Shown: positions 54,482-64,000, counted from the first letter of the stretch. The stretch: DNA of 64,000 bases from Faecalibacillus sp. (GCA_963588175.1 CAVAGP010000004.1:9339-73338), one strand, 5' to 3'. The notes: generated from the sequence alone by a model not told the origin. Translations and numbers: made by a program.

Positions 54482-55545
54482 AGTGTACCTCCTTTTATAG
54501 TTACGCAATTAATGCTGTAGCAAAGACAAAAAACCTCATAGTAATTTTCTTTCAAATAGTCGAGCGCGCGACCGACTTGTTGCATCCATCGGAGAAGGCT
54601 TTGATTATTGCGACTTTTCCTAAATTGGTCAATAATTGAGATAAATTCTCTGCTTTGAGCGACATAATAATTTAAGAAATTTAGAAAAGTTCGTATCTCT
54701 TCGCTTAATTCAAAATTGCGTCCATAAATAAGTGAAATTTTATAGCCTTTCGTACGACAGAAGACTATTTGTTCCAAAATTTCGGGCAAATGGTTCTCCA
54801 CAAAATCTTGTTCTGAATCTATATTATAGCCTACATTATATTGTAGACGAGCAATTTTTCGACCAGTCCCCGTCGCAAGTTCAGCAAATTCTGAGTTGGA
54901 TAACACTCCATTATAGCGAATAAAGCTCTGCGAATGGATAGGAAGTGATAACCAATCAACTAACTCTTCTAAAGTATGAGTGTTTGGAGGATAAAGAAAA
55001 GAAATTTTTTGCACGCGCGCCAAATTTAGTAGAGTCTCTAATTCGGGCCGCGCGCCTGGCAAAGAAGCAATGTTATCATCGTAAACCATCAAACTTTTAG
55101 CCTTATAATCTAACTCAATAGCTTCTCTGTAGCGAGGATTAATTTCTTTGCCATCGATCGACATCCGAAAAGGATAACTGTTCTGTATCATTTTTATATA
55201 GTCTAGATCTTTTTGTCCGAGCAACAGGTCGGCATAAAACTTCTGATATAAAGTCATATCAGGTTTCAGCATCTCTATCTCTTCTTTTAGCGGCCGGTAG
55301 CTTCCTTGAGTAAAGGCACGGCCGCCAAATTCAACATTCTGATAAGCACCGACATTAGGTACAAATTTTCCATCTGGAATATCTTTCCGATAAATAAATT
55401 TAGTATACATCTGAGGAGAAAAAGTGGTCGTAAAAACCACAATCTCTCTTCTCTTTTTATAATAGGTTGATAATTTCATCAGCTCTAAATTGGGAGCATT
55501 AATGCCATAAACATAAATGTCTCCATCAAACATTCCTACACTCAA
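54463..55545 (-). CDS. hypothetical protein, 360 aa, immediately downstream of dnaE
   Basis: A long ORF overlapping the dnaE stop by 4 nt, consistent with translational coupling. No motif was confidently recognised. Confidence 0.5.
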   Translation of the reverse strand: MSVGMFDGDIYVYGINAPNLELMKLSTYYKKRREIVVFTTTFSPQMYTKFIYRKDIPDGKFVPNVGAYQNVEFGGRAFTQGSYRPLKEEIEMLKPDMTLYQKFYADLLLGQKDLDYIKMIQNSYPFRMSIDGKEINPRYREAIELDYKAKSLMVYDDNIASLPGARPELETLLNLARVQKISFLYPPNTHTLEELVDWLSLPIHSQSFIRYNGVLSNSEFAELATGTGRKIARLQYNVGYNIDSEQDFVENHLPEILEQIVFCRTKGYKISLIYGRNFELSEEIRTFLNFLNYYVAQSREFISIIDQFRKSRNNQSLLRWMQQVGRALDYLKENYYEVFCLCYSINCVTIKGGTLCAVSK

Positions 55546-58500
55546 CTACATCTCTCTCCTTGAACCTCCAAGCTGCCATCTTCGTGAATATCGGTAATTA
55601 GTTCAACAAGATGGTGGGGCGTATTCTTATACTTTTTGGCCAGGAATTGGTCATCTCGCCGCACTCCGCAAACAATAATTTTATTGCCGCGAGTAAACCA
55701 TGATTTCTCAATAACCTTTTTTGTACCATCTGTTTGCTTTTCGCTGATTTGCTTGTCATAGTTTGCAAAAATGGGGCCAAAAATTTTAACTGTAACTACT
55801 CCATCTGTTGTCAGAAGAGTAACTGAGTTTTTATTTTTATTTTTATCGAGAACTGTACCTGCCAATCGCTCAATTTTGTAGAGAGGAATTTGCTGACCTT
55901 TGATAGGAATAAATCTATCGACTACTGGTTGCGGCGGCAGAGAAAAGAAGTTTGCAAAATTATAGAGACTGTTATCAATATTAGCGAGCTCATGAGGATG
56001 GGAGTAGAAAGAGACACTATCCATCTCCCATTTACTAAGAGAACCAAGACAATACTTTTTCCATATATCTTGAACAATCATATTATTCATAGTCGTCAAT
56101 AACTCTTGATTATTATTCTTGATATAAGTGCGGATTTTTGCCATCTCGCCATCGTAAATTTTCTTCCAGGAAGTTTGTTTAATGATGAAGCCACTTTCAC
56201 TGCTTCCCGACTCTAATAAATCCATATCAAAGTAGTTTTGATAAAAGTGTATAGCAATATTATCAAGGTTGAAATAGATGCCACTCTTTAACTTCTTCAA
56301 GTATTTATTGTAATTGAATACTCTAATTTGAAAATCGTATTCAATCGGAATTAGATTGTAACTGATTAACATCTGACAGTTCTGTAAAGTTAAACGTTTT
56401 TTGATGTCCGCGATAGAATAGATATATTCGTGCATAAGTTCTTCCCTATCTCCAAAGCTGTCAAAAGCTCCACTCTTGATTAAATTGACCATTTGAGTTT
56501 TATTCACTTTTACTTTAGAGAGAAAATCATCAATGCTCTTATATGGCCGATTGCTCATAATTTCATCAATTACATCTGCGCCAACCCTTGTAATTCCTTT
56601 TAACCCATAGATGATTCGATTTTCTTTTGCGAGCGGTTTAAAGGTGTAAGATGAAAGATTTATATCTGGTGGAGAAACTTTTATGCCGGCTTTAGACATC
56701 TGCCCAATCGCAGAAGCAACTTTACCGTAGTTTGCATTCTTAATCTTTTTCTTCCCAGTTTCAGCTTCTTCCTCTTCATCTATTTCGTCAGATTCCTCAT
56801 TGCCTCCGCTGTTTGTGATAAGACAAGCAGTATTCCAATAAATTTTAGGATATTCATTTGCTAAGACAAGTGTTTGAATGCCAACAAAACTATAGGCTAA
56901 AGCATGGGGGAGCGCAAAAGAATAACCCATTTGTGGTCCCATAGTAGTTGCCCATACATATTTGCCTAATATTGGATTTGAACATTGAGAAATAAATTTA
57001 TCTTTTAATTCTTCTACTTGCTCCATTTTTTTCTTTGCTACGATCTTCCTCGCAGCATTCGCTTCTTTTAATGTAAAGTGCGCAATTTCTTTATCCATGC
57101 AGACCATCATTAAGTCTTCTTGCGTCGCCGGTACTCCATATCTTGGCAAATAATACTTCTCCAATACATTGATTTCTTCTTCAGATAGCCCGACACTCCT
57201 TACTTCTTGATACCATAAATCAACATCATTTTTTAAACGAACGTATCGATCAAGCGGCCGTTCTTGCCCTTTTTCTCCCATAAGTCGCATAAGAGCATTT
57301 GCCATTGTCATTTCAATGGGATTTTCAGGACGAATAGCTTTTGCAGCCTGTAGCCCTACATCGCTGTTAAACTGAAATATATCCATGGTATCTCCCGCGG
57401 CGAGAGACCTCCAAATACGGTTATCTTCCAAGTCTAATTTAGACGGATGGAAATACCCTTCATATATCTCTCTCAGAGTTGAACAATCACTAAAATAACC
57501 GTCTTCTTTTAAAAGGTTAATGCAGTTTGTAATTTTATCACAGATTTCTGTTACCAAGAAATCAAATTTTGTATCTCCCAGTGCTTCACTCTCATGTAAA
57601 GAAAATTGAGTTGTTAAATCGCCATTAGGACTTCTCATAATAGCTGTCGTTTCAAAAGGAGAATTATTATATAACATAACTCCTGAGGCGTGCTGCCCGC
57701 GACGGCAAATCAGCCCTTCAATAGACATGATATTTTCGAGTAGACCTGGATACCTTTGTACTTCATTCAAGAATGCTTGGATAGGTTTTCGCCCTTTTTC
57801 CTCATTTCCATATACAACATCATGCATTGACCATAAAAAGCCTCTCTCTTGTGGAATTAAACTGGTCATATATTGGCCGACATCAACATCAATTCCATTC
57901 GGAAAATCTTTACTTCGATATCCTCTGCAACTGGCAAGGATTGCTGACCGAGTGCCTTCTGTTGCAAAAGTTGCAACTTGGACTAAATTTAATTCTCCTC
58001 TTTCTTCTCTAATTTTTTTGAAGATAAGCTTGCGTTTGGAGGGGGACAAATCAGTGTCGATATCTGGGAGTTCAAGTCTTTCTTTATTAAGGAAACGCCA
58101 ATAAGGTAAATTCCACTTCACAGGGTCAAGTTGTGTAATCCCTAAAAGATAATTGGATAAGAAGCATACGGAAGAACCTCGCCCCGGCCCACTTAAACTG
58201 CCACATTCCCAAAACAGATCAATGTAATGTTGGAATGTATTAAAATATTCAAACAAACAATTCTCTAATTTAGAGCCAATCGTATCAATAACATCGGCTT
58301 CTGTTTCCAATCTTTGGAGATAGATTTCATTCCAAAGTTTTCTGTTGCGGAGTTCATCTACACAATAATTCACCCAATATCGCTCTTGGTCATTTCCGCC
58401 TTCGATCAGTCGAGCAAGAACAGGATAACGTTCTCTGAAATTATCGTCAACTTTAGATTTCGGACGATAAGGGACACTCACGCGGGGAATAATAGGTTTA

Positions 58501-59432
58501 TGAAATATATCATACTTGTCTATCTTTTCGTATATTTCCATAGAGTTCGCGCAAACTTCTCGGAACTCTTCTTCTGTGAATACGTCTTCTAGATTGTTAA
58601 AAGCTTCTTCATTATCCATTAAATGCGCATAATAGTAAAAAGCGTCAACTTCTCGCTCACCTTCTTTAGAATTTAGGTAAGCCTTGTGGCGAGGTCGGTC
58701 TTCTGCTGTTAAATAATGAGCATCTCCACCTAAAACAACTTTTATTCCCAATGCTTTTGCAATTTCTTTTGCTTTCTTATTATATTTAATTTGGTCAGGC
58801 GATTGACTCGGTGCCATTTCAATATAAAAATCGTCTTTGCCAATTACTTCTTGACAAAAAGAAATAAAATCTACAATCTCTTGTTTCTTTAGCGCGGCGG
58901 CATCGTAGTTTTTTTCGTTCTCTAGTTCAACGAGAGAGAGCGTTAACCCTGCAAACTCTGATCCGATACAGGCTGTTGACGCGATGACATGACCCTTTAC
59001 TGGCTCAAGCACTTCTTTAAATTCCTTTTTTTCGGTCGGTACTCTAGTCATGCCTTTCTTACTAAAAGAATTTTGCCAAGCAATAGACGACAGACGACAA
59101 AGAGCGTGCCATCCAATTGTATCCTTCGCAATTAGAATGAAATGCCAATATCGAGTATTTTCTCCTCGATTATTGATTAAGTAAATTTCGTTACCAAGCG
59201 CGCATTTAAAATCAAAAGGAATTTTCCCTTCTTCTTTAAATTGTTTCTCCAGTTGAAGCCATTCTACAGACCCAGCAACTGTTTCATGATCAGTCAATGT
59301 AATGCCTGAAAGACCTAATTCATATGCTTTCAGAATTAAGTCTTTTGGTTTATTTATAGAATCAAGTAGTCGAATATTGCTGAAATGGCTATGGCTGTGA
59401 ATTTCCATTCTTGGACAATTTTTTAATTCCAT
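55542..59432 (-). CDS. dnaE: DNA polymerase III alpha subunit (DnaE-type, N-terminal PHP domain)
   Basis: A 1296-aa ORF. PHP motifs are HSHSHFS...LTDHETVAG...GGDAHY. The palm/fingers region with ...PDIDTDL... is typical of C-family polymerases. Confidence 0.85.
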   Translation of the reverse strand: MELKNCPRMEIHSHSHFSNIRLLDSINKPKDLILKAYELGLSGITLTDHETVAGSVEWLQLEKQFKEEGKIPFDFKCALGNEIYLINNRGENTRYWHFILIAKDTIGWHALCRLSSIAWQNSFSKKGMTRVPTEKKEFKEVLEPVKGHVIASTACIGSEFAGLTLSLVELENEKNYDAAALKKQEIVDFISFCQEVIGKDDFYIEMAPSQSPDQIKYNKKAKEIAKALGIKVVLGGDAHYLTAEDRPRHKAYLNSKEGEREVDAFYYYAHLMDNEEAFNNLEDVFTEEEFREVCANSMEIYEKIDKYDIFHKPIIPRVSVPYRPKSKVDDNFRERYPVLARLIEGGNDQERYWVNYCVDELRNRKLWNEIYLQRLETEADVIDTIGSKLENCLFEYFNTFQHYIDLFWECGSLSGPGRGSSVCFLSNYLLGITQLDPVKWNLPYWRFLNKERLELPDIDTDLSPSKRKLIFKKIREERGELNLVQVATFATEGTRSAILASCRGYRSKDFPNGIDVDVGQYMTSLIPQERGFLWSMHDVVYGNEEKGRKPIQAFLNEVQRYPGLLENIMSIEGLICRRGQHASGVMLYNNSPFETTAIMRSPNGDLTTQFSLHESEALGDTKFDFLVTEICDKITNCINLLKEDGYFSDCSTLREIYEGYFHPSKLDLEDNRIWRSLAAGDTMDIFQFNSDVGLQAAKAIRPENPIEMTMANALMRLMGEKGQERPLDRYVRLKNDVDLWYQEVRSVGLSEEEINVLEKYYLPRYGVPATQEDLMMVCMDKEIAHFTLKEANAARKIVAKKKMEQVEELKDKFISQCSNPILGKYVWATTMGPQMGYSFALPHALAYSFVGIQTLVLANEYPKIYWNTACLITNSGGNEESDEIDEEEEAETGKKKIKNANYGKVASAIGQMSKAGIKVSPPDINLSSYTFKPLAKENRIIYGLKGITRVGADVIDEIMSNRPYKSIDDFLSKVKVNKTQMVNLIKSGAFDSFGDREELMHEYIYSIADIKKRLTLQNCQMLISYNLIPIEYDFQIRVFNYNKYLKKLKSGIYFNLDNIAIHFYQNYFDMDLLESGSSESGFIIKQTSWKKIYDGEMAKIRTYIKNNNQELLTTMNNMIVQDIWKKYCLGSLSKWEMDSVSFYSHPHELANIDNSLYNFANFFSLPPQPVVDRFIPIKGQQIPLYKIERLAGTVLDKNKNKNSVTLLTTDGVVTVKIFGPIFANYDKQISEKQTDGTKKVIEKSWFTRGNKIIVCGVRRDDQFLAKKYKNTPHHLVELITDIHEDGSLEVQGERCS

Positions 59433-59463
59433 TCAATTCTCCTTTCTTCTTTATTCTATATTT

Positions 59464-59492
59464 ATTATATCATTTTTTTCTTCTAAAATCAA
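59464..59492 (-). promoter_or_regulatory. sigma-A-type promoter with extended -10 (TTGATT - 17 nt - TGaTATAAT) on the - strand
   Basis: The reverse complement reads TTGATTttagaagaaaaaaaTGATATAAT. It lies upstream of the dnaE RBS (AAAGGAG). Confidence 0.55.
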
Positions 59493-59494
59493 CT

Positions 59495-61228
59495 TTAAAA
59501 GCCGTCGTCCGCTAAGAGTTCAATGGCTTGGCAGAAAATTTGTGGAGTAACGTTTCCTCCCCAAAAATTTAAATTTGGTTCGCCGACAATATTAATTTTA
59601 AGGTCTTGTGGATAAGATTCTAGTTCTTCCACGAGGTCTTTGGCGAAGAATTTCATATAGGCAATGCCATTCTTGACAATTTTAATAGTGTCTTTGTTGC
59701 GTCCCATAACCTGAATATCTTTTTTATGGATATTAATGTCGCTAACATAGATAAGGGGCGTTTTATTTTTCTGACCCCAAATCTCTTTATAGCGGCTTAA
59801 GTCTTCGATCAAGCTAGACAAGTCATCATCCATTGCAACTCGAGAGAAATTGACGTCATAAACTCCTTCGCCGAAATCAATATCTCGTAATTTATCATCA
59901 GCATAATGAACAAAAGTAGATAATTTATCTTCTTTTATGCCGCATCCGAAGGCCTGTGCGTGGCCTTGCGCGTATTCAGTAATTTCGCTATCTGAAAGGA
60001 AGTCTTTGAGAGAGGTTAGTGCGCAATTGTCCAAGCCGCGGCCGCTGCCCTTTAGAACACCATCGGGACATTCTCTTAGAACCAAGGTCGGCCGTTTAAA
60101 CTTCTTTGATAATTTCATTGCTAACAAACCGTTTAAATCCGCAGGAAAATCATTATCTTCATCTAATTTAATAATTAAAATTTTGTCTTCAAGCAAATCA
60201 TATTTAAATATCTTTACTTCTAGTTCTCCCATTGCTTGCTCGCACATTTTATTCTGTCGTGCGCGAGCGTTAGTGCATTCTCTCGCACTCTCAGTACAAA
60301 CTTTTACAGGAGCTCCTTTTTCTCCTCTTTTTCCGCTCGGTACTAGTGTGTCTGGTGTAATAAAAGATTGAAAGAGACGAGTTTTCTCTTCCATGGTACC
60401 AACACGAATTAGAGCGTTTAACAAAGGAGTGATGTAGAAAGCAACACTCATATAGTTCACTTCTCCGCCCATAGAGTAAGACTGTTTCTCAATTAGAGTG
60501 TGTAAAAATTCATTCTCTAAGTGATTAAACCCATATTCAAAAATAAATCTATTCTCCATAGTGAGTGCGCTGCCCATGTCAGAGCAAATACCGAGGGCCG
60601 CGAGATCTAGATATGACCAGGCATAGTTTGTTCCTAATTGTTCGTCACAATAGCGGCAAAATTGCCAAACAACTCCTGCGCCAGTTAGCTCTTTATTGGT
60701 ATAATGAATAGAAGATTGGTTATTAATGAGGACTGTATTGGTGCTAATTTCTCTATCAACTAAGTGGTGGTCAAGAACAAGAACAGGTACACCAATCTCT
60801 TTCAACTGTTCATGCTGCTCGAAATCATTAGAGGAGCTATCGGGGCAAATAACTAAACCATAATGAGTATCAGACAGAAGTATCTCATCAATGCAGTCTG
60901 ATAATCCATGCGCTTTTCGTTCATGTATCAGGTAATGAACTTCTACATCCTCATTCAATTGTTTAATGTATTGATACATAATAGCTGAGCTCGTGTATCC
61001 GTCTACGTCAGCATCGACGATAAGAAGAATCGGGTTGCCGGCCCAGGCAACTCGCGTCAATAATCGATACCCCTCATCAATATTATCAAGGTGAGTCGGC
61101 GGATTCAAAAGTTCGTCACTCGGATAAAGATACTGCTGTATATCTTCTACTCCTCTAAACCTCAACAGGCTTTCTAAGTAGTTTGTTTTATAATTCGGAT
61201 TTACTAAATTTACTCGCGTTTTAATCAC
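59495..61228 (-). CDS. RecJ-like DHH-family single-strand DNA exonuclease
   Basis: Motifs are LLIVDADVDGYTS (DxD...D), VLVLDHHL (DHH) and later GGH-like segments. The product is 577 aa. Confidence 0.75.
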   Translation of the reverse strand: MIKTRVNLVNPNYKTNYLESLLRFRGVEDIQQYLYPSDELLNPPTHLDNIDEGYRLLTRVAWAGNPILLIVDADVDGYTSSAIMYQYIKQLNEDVEVHYLIHERKAHGLSDCIDEILLSDTHYGLVICPDSSSNDFEQHEQLKEIGVPVLVLDHHLVDREISTNTVLINNQSSIHYTNKELTGAGVVWQFCRYCDEQLGTNYAWSYLDLAALGICSDMGSALTMENRFIFEYGFNHLENEFLHTLIEKQSYSMGGEVNYMSVAFYITPLLNALIRVGTMEEKTRLFQSFITPDTLVPSGKRGEKGAPVKVCTESARECTNARARQNKMCEQAMGELEVKIFKYDLLEDKILIIKLDEDNDFPADLNGLLAMKLSKKFKRPTLVLRECPDGVLKGSGRGLDNCALTSLKDFLSDSEITEYAQGHAQAFGCGIKEDKLSTFVHYADDKLRDIDFGEGVYDVNFSRVAMDDDLSSLIEDLSRYKEIWGQKNKTPLIYVSDINIHKKDIQVMGRNKDTIKIVKNGIAYMKFFAKDLVEELESYPQDLKINIVGEPNLNFWGGNVTPQIFCQAIELLADDGF

Positions 61229-61235
61229 TGTCCTT

Positions 61236-62282
61236 TTATCTTACTCTTACTCTCTTCTTTAGAAGAGACAAAAATACTTCTTCTCCTTTGTCGAAAGGCG
61301 AATCTTTTAATTTTAATTGGTTATTTCTATCAAAAATAAAGCTAAAGTTGCTATAGTTATCATACTTTTTGCACAAATTATATAGCTTGTTGAAGTAGCG
61401 ACCGCCAGTGTTATCTTCTTTGTCGAAGCAAATGATGATTTCTTTTGGCTGACACTCTTGCATTAATAGGTTTAGCGTCCATTTGCTAAAATTAGAACCG
61501 CATACTGCAACCGTGCAGTTTGGAGAAGAAAAAGATTCTGCTTGGAGAACTGACTTCTCTCCTTCTGCTAGATAAACAACTCCCTTCTCTTTTATATTAC
61601 TCTTATTTTCGTATAAACCATACAAATTCATACCAAGAGGATGGCTATACCATTGTTGATTTACTCTAATTGGCATATACTTACCGACATTCTCTACTTC
61701 CCACTCATCTAGCGCGCGGCCTCGAATGCCGACTAATAAACCTTCCGTATTTCTATGTGGAATAATAATTTTATTTTGAGTAACCGAGTAAAGTATATCA
61801 AATTTGTCCATTGCGGCCGGTGTGATTCCATCTTCCAACCATTCTGGGGGGTAGAATTTTTCAAAGCTCTCAAGAACTCTATCTGAGTAGGTTGGAAGTT
61901 CTATGGCTTCTCTCTTTCTTTGATAGTCTTCTTTTATACTTCTATATTTCTTGGGTGCAAACCCTTTCTTGGAATAATTAGAACAATCAAGGACAACATT
62001 ATAAATATCTTCAACCCAATTATAATCAATATCTCTGGCTTCATAATAGTGCTTTAAAAACTTAAATATGGACATTGTCTGACAAGAACTGTAACAAACA
62101 AAAACTTTTGTATTCTTGTAGAAATATAATTTCCACGAAGCTTCGTCAACATCTGCATGATGACAAGCTGTCTTACATATGAGATATTGTCCCTTGTCTT
62201 GGTAGGGAACTTCGAGCCTATCAAGTAAGTCCTTTACTCTGTCATCATTAAGTTCCTTAATAATTTCCTGATAATCAATCAT
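61236..62282 (-). CDS. DNA primase (zinc finger plus Toprim)
   Basis: CKTACHH...CYSSC resembles a CHC2-type finger. Toprim-like motifs are YLAEGEKSVLQ and ICFDKED. The gene is adjacent to the helicase. Confidence 0.65.
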   Translation of the reverse strand: MIDYQEIIKELNDDRVKDLLDRLEVPYQDKGQYLICKTACHHADVDEASWKLYFYKNTKVFVCYSSCQTMSIFKFLKHYYEARDIDYNWVEDIYNVVLDCSNYSKKGFAPKKYRSIKEDYQRKREAIELPTYSDRVLESFEKFYPPEWLEDGITPAAMDKFDILYSVTQNKIIIPHRNTEGLLVGIRGRALDEWEVENVGKYMPIRVNQQWYSHPLGMNLYGLYENKSNIKEKGVVYLAEGEKSVLQAESFSSPNCTVAVCGSNFSKWTLNLLMQECQPKEIIICFDKEDNTGGRYFNKLYNLCKKYDNYSNFSFIFDRNNQLKLKDSPFDKGEEVFLSLLKKRVRVR

Positions 62283-63171
62283 GGCTATTCAACCCTTCCA
62301 CAATTTGGTTTAAACTTTTAAATTCTTCATCTTCAAAATTTAGGACTCGCGCAGATGTATACAGGTGAAAATCTTGAAGGGCATTTAGATTTGCATCCGT
62401 AATAAACAGGTCTCTTCTCTTCATTGTTCCTAAATTCATATAGCTCCAGATCTTGACTTGTGTCCACTGGCCAGACCGGACTTTGAACACGTCAGATACA
62501 AGATTTGGTTCTGGCAATCCTTTTGATTCAATAAGTGGCCGCAAAAGGTCTGTTTCATCTTTTGTTGGACGAGACATAATAAGACCATTGTCACTTTTGT
62601 TAATAATCGAGCGGGCGCCGGCAATAGAACCTTCATTTCGTATACCAATATTGTTATCGGCGTTCGCATTGACTTGAGTAGATGTAAATACACATATATT
62701 TAGCTCAACTGCTAAATCCTTTAACGCCGTTGACAATAATAGAAGTGCTTCATCGTTCCGCAAATGAAAATCCTTAAACTCTCGCAGCAAGGAGGGAGAA
62801 ACAAAAATGTAGTCCATAAACAGATAACCAATATCCTTTAATACGTATTGCTCTCTTACCATGGCTTTGAGCCCCTCTACCGTGGGTTCTGGCATTCGCA
62901 AAATAGTCAAATTATCTTTGAACTGTTTTATCAATTTTATCGATTGGAACAGAATGTCATTTTCTTCAGAACTGAAATCTCCATATCTAAAACGTCCTTC
63001 ATTAATATCAGATATATAAGCGAGAATCATCTTTTGAACTTCTTCAAAGCTTTGCTCTGTGATAATGAGCAAAACCTTCTCATTGTATCCGTCTATTATC
63101 CATTTTCCAGTCGAACTATCATAACGAATGGGATAAGCTAAGTGACAGGCATCGGCGACGGCGCCGCGGGT
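62275..63171 (-). CDS. DnaB-like replicative helicase, C-extein portion
   Basis: After intein ...GYIVTHN the sequence resumes TRGAVADACHLA..., a continuation of the P-loop helix. It continues with DnaB-like ...LMDYI... (Walker B-like) and DEALLLLSTALKDLAVELNICVFTSTQVN. Confidence 0.7.
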   Translation of the reverse strand, partial: TRGAVADACHLAYPIRYDSSTGKWIIDGYNEKVLLIITEQSFEEVQKMILAYISDINEGRFRYGDFSSEENDILFQSIKLIKQFKDNLTILRMPEPTVEGLKAMVREQYVLKDIGYLFMDYIFVSPSLLREFKDFHLRNDEALLLLSTALKDLAVELNICVFTSTQVNANADNNIGIRNEGSIAGARSIINKSDNGLIMSRPTKDETDLLRPLIESKGLPEPNLVSDVFKVRSGQWTQVKIWSYMNLGTMKRRDLFITDANLNALQDFHLYTSARVLNFEDEEFKSLNQIVEGLNSHD

Positions 63172-64000
63172 ATTATGTGTCACGATATACCCCTCTGTCA
63201 GAAAGAGGTGCTCTTCATTGTCAACATAAAAACAAGTCATTTCTTCCTCATATCCTAGAGAACCTAGTTCAATAATCGGAATAAAATCATTTTTTTCTTT
63301 ACGCTTGCTGGTATCATACCAGTCTTGCATTCTTTTTCTTTTTCTTGGCAGTTTAAATAATTTATTTTTATCAGAAGGGCGACCTTTTATATGAACGACA
63401 TATCCGATATTTGTCTCTTTATGACTGTCTATCGCGACGGTAGCAGAGAATCCGAGGCTCCGACACAGTTCAACGACACCGTCTTTAAGCTGAGAACTGG
63501 TAGTAAAGAAGCTAACTCTTCCTTTCTCATCAACAGATCCATCGCTGTCTAGTAGTCCATTTAAAAGATCAAAACGCTGCTCAATGTCTCCGCAAAGATA
63601 TTTTTCTGGGATAAATTTATCTTCAGATTTGCAATTTATTAATTGAGGATATTCAATTAAAAAATCTTGAACCCAAATATTTTCTTTTCTTTCTTGGGTG
63701 TTCTTCTTGGTGGAAAAGTGCCAAGTGTAGTTCTTTTTACTGTTCTTTTTTAAATTCCAATCCATTTCTTTTGCGATTAAAGAGGGAAGATATTCATCTT
63801 CGCTAGAGTATTGAAATGCTTTGTTAGACTCGTGCTGTCGAAAAGAACTATCTCCTAAAGCCAATCCAAAGACGTAAGGAGGAATAAAATAATCTTTTTT
63901 TGAATATTGAACGGCATAAGAGTTGGGAACTAAAATCTGATACGCTCCTTTTTCATTTTGTAAGTGTAATTTATTGATTTCCTTAAAGGTTTTTGTATAA
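63172..64000 (-). mobile_element. intein with a LAGLIDADG homing-endonuclease domain inside the helicase gene (5' part beyond the window)
   Basis: The reading frame is open to the window edge. The LAGLIDADG-type block is FDLLNGLLDSDGSV. The C-terminal splicing block EHLFLTEGYIVTHN is followed by Thr (+1). Confidence 0.75.

Noticed and set aside
1-64000. Stop-codon reassignment (alternative genetic code) as an explanation for the fragmented genes.
   Set aside because: ORFs of 1296-2013 codons are open with the standard code. In addition, each fragmentation coincides with complete group I core elements.
1-64000. tRNA genes, CRISPR arrays, integrase/att sites and lysogeny or defence cassettes.
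   Set aside because: Intergenic gaps are short and are accounted for by promoters, terminators or intron sequence. No cloverleaf-like or spacer-repeat pattern was noticed, and no tyrosine/serine recombinase motif. Absence cannot be proven by eye.

Overview
This window looks like a contiguous piece of a large tailed phage or prophage of a low-GC, probably anaerobic, Bacillota host. The host inference rests on strong AGGAGG ribosome-binding sites, sigma-A-type consensus promoters, and class III (anaerobic) NrdD/NrdG. The + strand from 1 to ~47.5 kb is a late structural operon. It carries a putative small terminase, large terminase, portal, scaffold, major capsid, head-tail genes, two paralogous tail-tube-like genes, a very long tape measure, Dit, Tal and three large fibre genes, then a small post-fibre cassette. 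A strong bidirectional hairpin at ~47.52-47.55 kb separates this operon from a - strand module for nucleotide metabolism and replication. That module encodes a RuvC-like resolvase, dUTPase, a ThyX-like protein, NrdG, NrdD, four unknown ORFs, a DnaE-type Pol III alpha, a RecJ-like DHH exonuclease, a primase and a DnaB-like helicase. The outstanding feature is the density of self-splicing elements. I can read the canonical group I intron core elements directly in seven places: P (AATTGCGGGAAA), Q (AATCCGCAGC or AATCAGCAGC), R (GTTCAACGACTA) and S (GATGAAGATATAGTC). One intron is in terL, three are in one tail-tube gene, two are in the tape measure and one is in nrdD. Six carry homing-endonuclease ORFs of three families: two GIY-YIG, two HNH, and two with zinc ribbons plus a Vsr/DUF559-like PD-(D/E)xK domain. 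One is an ORF-less derivative. In addition, a LAGLIDADG intein interrupts the DnaB-like helicase at the window edge. All splice junctions were derived by eye from P1 guide pairing, a terminal G, and restoration of reading frame and conserved motifs. They should be treated as accurate to within a few nt until checked by RNA data. All functional calls come from motif recognition and gene order only, with no database search. No tRNA, rRNA, CRISPR array, integrase or recognisable endolysin was seen.
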